From: Oscillatoria princeps RMCB-10
GTDB lineage: Bacteria; Cyanobacteriota; Cyanobacteriia; Cyanobacteriales; Oscillatoriaceae
NCBI GenBank assembly: GCA_019359235.1
Contig: JAHHHT010000012.1
Location: 195,648 to 240,019 of the forward strand
Length of the DNA stretch: 44,372 nt
Reading direction: 5' to 3'
Below are positions 37,216 through 44,372 of the stretch, one piece after another (position 1 is the stretch's first letter; every line of letters begins with the position of its first letter). The notes under the pieces are model-generated. The model searched no databases. It saw only the letters and a list, made by a program, of their open reading frames with translations, and had not been told where the DNA came from. Both the position numbers and the translations under genes were made by a program.

Positions 37216-37983
37216 AAATTGCTCTGTCTGGTTTTTCCGCCGCAAGGAAAACCGGCCAATAATTTGCACGTCCAGTTCGTACTGTTCAGCAAGTCCGCGA
37301 CGCTCTATCGCCCGCCGGCTCGCCACAGCCGACCAATTGATTAAATCGATTTGCCGGCGGGTCAAATTCGAGTCATGTATGCGATAATAGTAGAGGGCTT
37401 TATCCAGGTGCCTGATTTGGGTTATCTCTGAAAGTCGCAAGCACAAATCATAATCTTCCGCCAGTTCCATTGAGGGGTCAATCCCACCGGCAGCCAAGTA
37501 GGCATCCGTCCGCATCAATCGGAAGTGGAATGTCATGAAGTCAATCAGCAGCCGGTTTTTGGAATAGGGAATTTGGCTGCGCTGTCCGATTCCTTTGACA
37601 TTGCCAAACGCATCGATGACGAGATAGTCGGTGTAGACGAGTCCCACTTTTGGGTTGGCATCCAGAAAACCGGCAGTTTCTTCAAGTGCTGTGGGCTCTA
37701 GCAAATCGTCACTATCTACCCAGCCGGTGTGAGTTCCAGAACACATGGCGTGAGCCGCTTTGAGAGCCGGCGCTCGCCCTTGATGGGGGGCAGCAATTAT
37801 TTTCACTCGTTCGTCTAGTTTAGCATAATTGCCGGCAATATCTAAAGAACTGTCGGTGGAGCCGTCATCCCACACCAGAAGCTCGAAGTCTTTTCTCGTC
37901 TGCGCCAAGACACTTTCTATCGCAGCGCCCAGGTAGCGCTCTCGATTGTAGACCGTCATTATTAGGGAAATTGTGGCTGTCAT
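37213..37983 (-). CDS. Family 2 glycosyltransferase.
   Basis: Reads MTATISLIMTVYNRERYLGAAIESVLAQTRKDFELLVWDDGSTDSS...GWVDSDDLL, carrying the DxD motifs and the GT-A fold. The listed ORF extends to 38055, but the likely start is the Met at ~37983. Confidence 0.8.
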   Translation of the reverse strand: MTATISLIMTVYNRERYLGAAIESVLAQTRKDFELLVWDDGSTDSSLDIAGNYAKLDERVKIIAAPHQGRAPALKAAHAMCSGTHTGWVDSDDLLEPTALEETAGFLDANPKVGLVYTDYLVIDAFGNVKGIGQRSQIPYSKNRLLIDFMTFHFRLMRTDAYLAAGGIDPSMELAEDYDLCLRLSEITQIRHLDKALYYYRIHDSNLTRRQIDLINWSAVASRRAIERRGLAEQYELDVQIIGRFSLRRKNQTEQF

Positions 37984-38060
37984 GGGGGGTGAGAGAGGTT
38001 TTGGCTTGAAAAAATTGGGGTGTACTCTGGCGTTGCATATTCCTGAACCCGGCACCCCAA

Positions 38061-38136
38061 CCCCTCCCCGCGTGCGGGGAGGGGGAGAAAGAGATGGAGT
38101 TTCTCCAAACAGGTTTGTAGTAGGGCTTTAGCCCAA
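38061..38136. repeat. Family-F hairpin (cccctccccgcgtgcggggaggggg, 38061..38085) plus a single family-G unit (gtttgtagtagggctttagcccaa, 38113..38136).
   Basis: Inverted repeat plus one unit of the 27-bp tandem family. Both sit exactly at the point where the PAP2-like reading frame loses its homology. Confidence 0.65.
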
Positions 38137-39517
38137 CCGGCACTCCTCGCAAGACGGGTCGCCAGAAATCGTAGGCGTATTTGGCGTCCCAAGCGACAAT
38201 GCCGGCGTCTGCTAGGGCGATATTTAGCAGGGCGAACATGCGGGCGTCTTCTAACAGGGTGCTGCCACTTTTTAAGGAGGCTTGTTGGGCAATTTGGTTC
38301 CAGTGTCCGGGCGGGGTGTAGGTGCCGGCACCGTCCGCCCAGAAGAGAGCGATTTCTGTCCCTTCAGGGGTGCGGGCGCTGCTGTTTTTTTCGCCCAATT
38401 CTTTGACTTGATTGAACTCTATGGTATAATCAGAACTGGTGAGGGGAGGGAGTCCGCTTGGGCGAAATTGGGAGTCGCTTGTGATGGCAAAGGGGGCGAG
38501 ATTCGCCCACTGGGGGAGGAGTGCCGGTTGAAAACCGGGAGGTGTGGGAATCCAATTGCCGGCACTGGGTTGTGGGGTGTAGGGCACTTTGGTTGCGGAA
38601 CCATCCGCACTTCTGGCGGCTAAAATTTGAGCGGCTGCGATTTGCCCTATGGTGACGCCATCTGTTTCGGATTTGCTGTCGGGAATTGCTGCGAGAGAGT
38701 CGGTGAGTGCGGTGTCGAAGATGGCGGATTGGTTGGGGTATAAATTGATGAGAGTGCGGTGCGCTGCTGTGGCTGCGGCGGCTTCTGGGTCGGCGTTTGG
38801 CGGCGCTTCTAGGTTGGCTTTGTATAGAGTGCCGGTTTTGGCGATTGCCGTGACGGCATCGTATATTGCTGTGTGGAGTATGGCTAAGTTTCTTGCGGCT
38901 AAGGGGGGTGCTGTTTTGTCTGTTTGGATGGCGTTTAATGCTGTCTGGTTCCAGTCAATGATGGGGTTGGTGGGGTCTGCGGAAAGGAAGCGGTTGAGTT
39001 GCCGGTCGAATTTGAAGGCGGGTGAACAGCTTCGCCCTTCTGCTATGCCGTGGGTTTGGAGGTGCTGTAATGCTAGATTTCGGCTGCCGGTGCAAGCTTG
39101 ATTGACATCGGGGTTGTTGGATAAATAGTAGTCTAAACTGACGTAAGGCGAGAAAGCGCGTCCCTCTGCGATGCCGAATGTTTGCAGGTGTTTGAAGAGT
39201 TGCTCGCTGTCGAATCCGGCTAAGTCTGGGTGGCTGGCGCGATAGAAGTTTAGGTCTATTAAGGGGGAGAATTGCCGGTTTTATGCTAGGCCAAATTGTT
39301 CTAAGTGGTTGAAGAGTTGCTCGTTTGTTAAGCCGGCTATGTCGGGGTTTTTGGCGCGGTAGTAGTTGAGGTCGGCATTGGGGGAGAATTGCCGGTTTTC
39401 GGATAAGCCCTTGGTTTGGAAGTGCTGGAGTAATTGTTGGGGGGTGGTTATGCCGGCGGCTGTCAGGTCGGGGTTGCCGGTGGCGTAGAAATCGGGGTCA
39501 AATAGTTGGACGGACAT
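38110..39517 (-). pseudogene. Vanadium-dependent haloperoxidase / PAP2-superfamily-like gene with an N-terminal array of ~38-aa repeats. It is inactivated by an in-frame TAA and truncated at the 3' end.
   Basis: ORFs 39281..39517 and 37865..38587 share one frame and are separated only by a TAA near 39281. In other repeat copies that position is GAA (..GLSENRQFSP vs ..GLA*NRQFSP). Four repeats of the type DPDFYxxxNPDLAxAGxxxxQLxxHxQxxGxxEGRxFSP precede TPPGHWNQIAQQ...ALLNIALADAGIVAWDAKYAYDFWRPV, which contains the PAP2 motif 1 (K-x6-RP). After RPV the frame runs into the family-G repeat and the GT2 gene. The expected PSGH and SRxxxxxHxxxD motifs are absent. Confidence 0.55.
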
Positions 39518-39693
39518 AGTGTTCCTGATTTACAAATGATAAAAAAAGATCGCTAATTCTTCAATTTTTCACCCCCGCTGGCTAATGCTTATTCTAATTA
39601 ACCGGGCCATAAAAGCAATTATGAAAGCTTGAATCAAACAGTTTATCAATCGCCTTAAAAAATTGCCTCAAAGCCCGGTCTAGGAAATCTGTA

Positions 39694-40293
39694 TCAGCCT
39701 AAGTCAATAAGACTTTTCCCGTCGTTGGTAAACGAGTTGCGGAGCCGTGACAAAAATTCTCTATCCAGTGTCTTGGCATTTCTCAAGTTCTCCAAGTCTT
39801 CGCGTTGCTTGGCTAGTTCTCTGAGCGTCCAAGGGTGATTTACCATCTCCTTCACAAGCCTTTGAAATATGTCGTCAGGCAGCGTATTATCACTGAAGTA
39901 ATATTCCGAATAAAGAGCTAAGTGAAGGGTTCTCAAAGCACAATTGACTACCTTGATAATACAACTCTTTGAAGGCTCGAGACATGCATCTAAAGTGTAA
40001 ATAATTGCTATAGCTGCTTCCTGCGCCTCCCCGTCGTATCTGGAGCCGGGGAAATCCTCTAAGTTGGGCATTACATCCTGACAATCATCTCTTAATTGGC
40101 GGATTCTTGCCGCATCCACTGGTTTTCCTTGCAAAATTTGCCAAATTTCATCCAGCGCCGTCTGTAACATAGAAAGATTTCCCCAATTTTCCGTCCGATA
40201 AAAAGCGGCATAGTTGGGAAGCATCCTCTCACAAATAGAAGCGGCAAACGCAATTATGTGAGGGTTTGGCAGTGCCTCTATTCCAGTTTCCAA
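39694..40293 (-). CDS. Candidate immunity or accessory protein of the RHS toxin (199 aa, soluble).
   Basis: Begins 3 nt after the RHS stop codon with a TTG start. It has no TM segment or known domain. Its position is typical of cognate immunity genes for polymorphic toxins. Confidence 0.35.
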   Translation of the reverse strand: METGIEALPNPHIIAFAASICERMLPNYAAFYRTENWGNLSMLQTALDEIWQILQGKPVDAARIRQLRDDCQDVMPNLEDFPGSRYDGEAQEAAIAIIYTLDACLEPSKSCIIKVVNCALRTLHLALYSEYYFSDNTLPDDIFQRLVKEMVNHPWTLRELAKQREDLENLRNAKTLDREFLSRLRNSFTNDGKSLIDLG

Positions 40294-40298
40294 GTCAT

Positions 40299-43028
40299 CT
40301 AATCTGAGAGGATACTCGAAAGGATTTTTAGTGGAAAAGTGTCAACAAACGGATTTAAGCTTTCAGAATTGAGAGAGCGATTTATCTGGTCTAAAGCATA
40401 CAATATCCCTATTCCTGCAAAAGCGATAGCAGCAACAGGTATTACTGCAAGCGGAATCGCAAACTCCCCTGATGGGTCTGTGTCATTAGTAGGACTATTC
40501 CCCACATACCGGTACAGATTAACATCCCCACCGGCAAACCCAATCGGGTCCTCACTAATAAATCTTCCTACCCCAGCATCATAATAGCGCGCCCGGTAGA
40601 AAGAAAGCCCCGTCTCCTCATCCAACTCCCGCCCCGTATAACCAAAGCGGAAGTCCAAATTCGGATTCGTCTCACCCGTTACCTTCCCAAAGCTATCATA
40701 CCTGAGGTGATTTTGTAAAGCCCCCGCCTCATTAACCAAATCCCGCACTGTCCCCTGGTTATCTGTCAGCGCCCACAGCACCTGGCCCGAAGCACTTTCA
40801 TCCGCCAAAATCTGGTCAAGCACCGGCCCGTGCAAATAGCGGTGAGTCTGGTTCCCACTCCCATCAAACGTCAGAGCAATGTGCTCCCCGTCATAGACAA
40901 AACGCTCCACTGATAGCCCAACCGGCCCCCCTCCATCCCCATCTATCTCCTTCCCAATCCGCCGGTCAAAAACATCGTAAACATACTCAACTGACTTAAT
41001 TATATCACCCCTGCTATTTTTAGTCACAGCTGCAATCAAACGGTTGCGGTAATCCCAGCTGTACTCTGTTACCTCACCCGTAGCAATCTTAACCCGCTTA
41101 GTCCGGTTCCCTTCAGCGTCATACTCGTAATTGTAAACTCCATCTGACTGCAGCTGGTTATTCGCCAGAGTCTGGTATCCCGTATTGGTGCGGTTGCCAT
41201 TGCCGTCATAACTATAAGCCTCATCATTTTGGTAACTGTGGTCTGTCCCCGTCACCTGGTTGCGGTCGTCGTAGCTGTAGCTGCTGCTGCCATCGCCAGA
41301 AGTAAACTGAGTAATCCGCGTTGCCGCATCGTAACTCCAATTATAATTCGCAAAAGTCGCCGTCCCTTTGCCATGAATTAATTGAGTCAGCCGGCCCGCA
41401 CTGTCATAAGTATAGCCGGTAGTCGCCACCTGTTGCGTCCCCGCCAAATCGCTGTAGCGAGAGACACCCGTCATCTGGCTAGCAGCATCATAGGCCATGT
41501 CCACTCGCTTGTTCGCAACCCCATTGCCGCTTTGAGTAATTCGAGTAACGCGGTTGAGGGCATCGTAAGTGAAAAATTCACTCCCCTTTACCTGACCATT
41601 AATTGTATCACTAACCGACAGCAAATTGTTGGGACTATCATAAGTGTAGTTCAGCAGAACATTCGGCGCAAAAGGCGTCCCCGCATTACTCACCGCAGTC
41701 ACGCGACCGGCACCATCGTAAGTGTAGTCGTAAGTAGAGTCGGGGTCGCTGACAATATCGAGCTGGTCCGCCGCATCATAAGTATAAGTAATTGTGCGGG
41801 CGGGATTGACACCGGCATCCAGCCACTGTTCAGAAGAAAGCCTGTTAAGTTCATCATAAACAAACTTGCAGACGCGATTATTGCGGTCAGAAGCTGTCAC
41901 CTGGTTGCCGGCGGCATCATAAGTGTAGGCACGCTTTAGCCCCAGCTGATTAGTTGACTCAATCAGCCGGTCTAACTCATCGTAAATAAACGCCGTAGTG
42001 TTCAGTCCTGGGTCAGTGACAGAAAGGACATTGCCGACAGCATCATAAGTTGTTGCCGTCGTTTGGTTGAGAGCGTCCGTAAACGCAATTTGGCGATTTA
42101 GAGGGTCGTAATTATAGCGAGTGACGTGCCCCAAAGCATCCGTAACCGCAATCGTATTGCCATTGGCATCATATTCTGTCCCAATCGTCTGACCCAGAGG
42201 ATCTCTGACAGCAGAAAGCCAGTTGCGACTGTTATAAGTGTACTCAGTAGTGCGCCCCAGTTCATCAGTGACAGCAATCAGATTGCCTATCGCATCATAC
42301 TTGGCAGCCGTTGTTTTCAAAAGCGCATCAATCGTGCCGGTGCGCCGGTTTAGCCTATCATAGACATACTGAGTTTTCCGTCCCAGCGCATCAGTCACTG
42401 ACAGCTGGTTGCTGGCGGCATCATACGTGTAGGCAGTGGTGTGCGAGAGGGGATCTGTAACACTCTTGCGGCGATTGCGGGCGTCGTAAATAAAGGAAGT
42501 CGTGCGGGTCAGTTCATCGGTAATAGCAGTCAGATTGCCGGCACCGTCATAATCAAACGCAGTAATACCATTCTTAGCATCGGTGATTTGGGTTTGCCGG
42601 TTGCGACTGTCATATGCGTGCAGAGTGGTTCGCCCGAGTTGGTCAGTTTCAGCAATAACATTGCCGGCGGCATCGTAACTCGTGGTAAAAACGCCATTTA
42701 AGGCATCGATTTCCTGAATCAGCCGGCCTAAATCGTCATACTCGTACTCAGTCCTGTGCCCGTTAGCATCTACTTGGGCAACCATTTGATTCGCCGCATC
42801 GTACTCAAAAGCCGTCGCCTTCCCCAGCGGGTCAATCTGCCGAATCAACCGACCGCGAGCGTCGAAAACCCTGTTATTTCGGTTCCCATTCGCATCGAAA
42901 GTAGAACTGACATTATTGTCGAAATCATACCGCATCTTATCCCGCGACCCATCGGGATTGACCGTCTCAATCAGACGATTCCGACTGTCATTCATACTCA
43001 TACTCCGTCCGATTGCCATTCTCATCAA
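40299..43028 (-). CDS. RHS/YD-repeat protein, the C-terminal ~909-aa part of a frameshifted polymorphic toxin gene.
   Basis: Dozens of YD repeats (xxGxxxxYxYDxxGRL). The RHS core ends YRARYYDAGVGRFISEDPIGFAGGDVNLYRYVGNSPTNDTDPSGE, which is the DPxG[L] cleavage/boundary motif. The C-terminal tip is only ~54 aa and hydrophobic (FAIPLAVIPVAAIAFAGIGILYAL...). Confidence 0.85.
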   Translation of the reverse strand: MMRMAIGRSMSMNDSRNRLIETVNPDGSRDKMRYDFDNNVSSTFDANGNRNNRVFDARGRLIRQIDPLGKATAFEYDAANQMVAQVDANGHRTEYEYDDLGRLIQEIDALNGVFTTSYDAAGNVIAETDQLGRTTLHAYDSRNRQTQITDAKNGITAFDYDGAGNLTAITDELTRTTSFIYDARNRRKSVTDPLSHTTAYTYDAASNQLSVTDALGRKTQYVYDRLNRRTGTIDALLKTTAAKYDAIGNLIAVTDELGRTTEYTYNSRNWLSAVRDPLGQTIGTEYDANGNTIAVTDALGHVTRYNYDPLNRQIAFTDALNQTTATTYDAVGNVLSVTDPGLNTTAFIYDELDRLIESTNQLGLKRAYTYDAAGNQVTASDRNNRVCKFVYDELNRLSSEQWLDAGVNPARTITYTYDAADQLDIVSDPDSTYDYTYDGAGRVTAVSNAGTPFAPNVLLNYTYDSPNNLLSVSDTINGQVKGSEFFTYDALNRVTRITQSGNGVANKRVDMAYDAASQMTGVSRYSDLAGTQQVATTGYTYDSAGRLTQLIHGKGTATFANYNWSYDAATRITQFTSGDGSSSYSYDDRNQVTGTDHSYQNDEAYSYDGNGNRTNTGYQTLANNQLQSDGVYNYEYDAEGNRTKRVKIATGEVTEYSWDYRNRLIAAVTKNSRGDIIKSVEYVYDVFDRRIGKEIDGDGGGPVGLSVERFVYDGEHIALTFDGSGNQTHRYLHGPVLDQILADESASGQVLWALTDNQGTVRDLVNEAGALQNHLRYDSFGKVTGETNPNLDFRFGYTGRELDEETGLSFYRARYYDAGVGRFISEDPIGFAGGDVNLYRYVGNSPTNDTDPSGEFAIPLAVIPVAAIAFAGIGILYALDQINRSLNSESLNPFVDTFPLKILSSILSD

Positions 43029-44372
43029 TCATAGCAGTCTGATTGCCGGCATCGTCATACTCCATCCGCTGCGCCGCCTCATCCGGAGTCCCTAAAGCAA
43101 AAGTCGTTTTAACCAGCCGGTTCATGGCATCGTACTCATACTCCGTCCGATTGCCATTCTCATCAATCATAGCCGTTTGATTGCCGGCAGCGTCATACTC
43201 CATCCGCTGCGACGCCTCATCCGGAGTCCCCTTCGCAAAAGTCACCTCAACAAGCCGGCCAAAATTATCATAATCGTAATCCGTCAACCGCCCCAGAGGG
43301 TCAGTCTCAGTATCAATCAGATTCTTGCTAGTATACGTGTAGCGAGTGATAACATCATCCCCACCGCCAACAGAACCCACCACGCGAGTTTCAGACAGCG
43401 TATTCCCAGTCAGCGTGTCAATTTCATAAAGCGTCTGCCGGCCTAACTCATCCGTCACACTCGTCACCTGATTGAAAATCGGGTCGTAAGTATAACTGCG
43501 CTTCCCAGTTCCCCCACCCCCCACAGAATTAGTCGTATTCAGCCTGACAGAAACATTATTGCTGAAACTGTTCCCCGTCACCAAATCCCTGTCGCCATCA
43601 AAATCCAGATCCGCCAGCGCCACAGATGCCGGCTGCGAACCGACAGCCACATCATTTCCGGCTACAAAAGAGCCATCTCCCTGACCCAAAAGCACCGATA
43701 CTTTGCTGTCAGAACGATTCGCGATAACAATATCTTTCTTGCTGTCCCCGTCAGCGTCTCCTACAGCTACTGCGACAGGTTCAGACCCTACCGTATAATC
43801 AGTCTGCACTCCAAAAGTTCCATTCCCAGAACCCAACCGCACTGACACCTTATTGGTAAAACGATTTGCCCCAATAAGATCCGAGTCGCCATCACTGTCT
43901 AAATCTGACAGGATCGCTGCGGAAATCCCAACCCCAAATGCCACCTGACTCCCAGCAGCAAAAGAGCCAGATCCATCCCCCAACAGCACCGACAAGCGGT
44001 CAGAATTGCTATTGGCGCTAACAATGTCAAAGTCGCCATCCCCATCCACATCTCCTATCGCCACTCCCACCGGAAAATACCCAACCGAGTAATCAGTTTC
44101 AGGCGCAAAAGTGCCATCTCCATTCCCCAGTCGAACTGACACGCGGTTCAAGGCGGCGCTAGTCGTAACCATGTCTAGATTCCCATCGCCATTCAAATCC
44201 TCTAAAGCCACAAAGTCAGACCCAACCGCCACCTCGTAGTCAGTAACAGTAAAATTGCCCTCGCCATCCCCCAATAAAACTGAGTAATAGTCCTTATCCA
44301 AACCATAACCCATGCCCCCAGCGGTGACAATATCGGAGTTTCCATCCCCGTTTACGTCTCCCGTTGCTACCG
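42988..44372 (-). CDS. N-terminal part of the same RHS protein, with FG-GAP/VCBS-type repeats then the first YD repeats. It continues beyond the 3' edge of the window.
   Basis: Repeats such as DGDGDFDIVSANSNSDRLSVLLGDGSGSF recur about 6 times, followed by YTYDPIFNQVTSVTDELGRQT. The frame is open upstream to the window end. It is separated from the 40299..43028 frame by a single extra base near 43000: ..TEYEYE* against expected ..TEYEYDDSRNRLIETV. Confidence 0.8.
   Translation of the reverse strand, partial: VATGDVNGDGNSDIVTAGGMGYGLDKDYYSVLLGDGEGNFTVTDYEVAVGSDFVALEDLNGDGNLDMVTTSAALNRVSVRLGNGDGTFAPETDYSVGYFPVGVAIGDVDGDGDFDIVSANSNSDRLSVLLGDGSGSFAAGSQVAFGVGISAAILSDLDSDGDSDLIGANRFTNKVSVRLGSGNGTFGVQTDYTVGSEPVAVAVGDADGDSKKDIVIANRSDSKVSVLLGQGDGSFVAGNDVAVGSQPASVALADLDFDGDRDLVTGNSFSNNVSVRLNTTNSVGGGGTGKRSYTYDPIFNQVTSVTDELGRQTLYEIDTLTGNTLSETRVVGSVGGGDDVITRYTYTSKNLIDTETDPLGRLTDYDYDNFGRLVEVTFAKGTPDEASQRMEYDAAGNQTAMIDENGNRTEYEYDAMNRLVKTTFALGTPDEAAQRMEYDDAGNQTAMIDENGNRTEYEYE
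43000..43250. repeat. Tandem duplication of ~120 bp inside the RHS gene, giving two near-identical copies of a YD-repeat segment.
   Basis: 43000..43125 and 43128..43250 differ at only a few positions. Both encode (A)MIDENGNRTEYEYDAMNRLVKTTFA(K/L)GTPDEA(S/A)QRMEYD(A/D)AGNQT. Confidence 0.8.

Noticed and set aside
37865-38587. 240-aa ORF treated as an independent gene overlapping the GT2 start.
   Set aside because: It is the in-frame continuation of the 39281..39517 ORF (PAP2/haloperoxidase-like pseudogene). Its 3' third overlaps the GT2 coding region and a repeat element and lacks homology there.

Overview
This 44.4-kb window is GC-rich chromosomal DNA that looks cyanobacterial. Supporting this are psbU, a plant-type ferredoxin, DUF512, DUF3120 and 2TM proteins, a CHASE2-GGDEF protein and an FHA-adenylate cyclase. 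About one third of the window is efflux machinery. The first system is a CzcA/CusA-like heavy-metal RND pump, whose N-terminus runs off the 5' edge, with a His-rich CzcB-like adaptor. The two genes are separated by two small genes. The second is a complete adaptor+AcrB-type pump operon on the minus strand. Upstream of it sit a decayed PadR gene and candidate operators. The third is an adaptor+pump pair on the plus strand, split by an oppositely oriented dCache sensor histidine kinase. Housekeeping genes are interspersed: rnc, nadB, uppP, psbU, ferredoxin, a GT2 glycosyltransferase and a FAD-dependent oxidoreductase. The accessory content comprises a HicB/HicA pair, a PIN toxin whose antitoxin reading frame appears broken, two DUF4926 proteins (one fused to a DUF2281-like antitoxin domain) and an RHS/YD-repeat polymorphic toxin. 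The RHS gene has N-terminal FG-GAP repeats, is split by a 1-nt frameshift next to a ~120-bp tandem duplication, and is followed by a tightly coupled candidate immunity gene. There is also a decayed vanadium-haloperoxidase/PAP2-like gene with N-terminal 38-aa repeats. Nearly every intergenic region carries copies of at least seven short palindromic or tandem repeat families. I cannot name a single defined novel system with confidence. The most distinctive signals are the repeat families, the conserved direct-repeat motif before both czc-like genes, the PadR-pseudogene/operator arrangement and the RHS locus. Hand-placed coordinates may be off by 1-2 nt.
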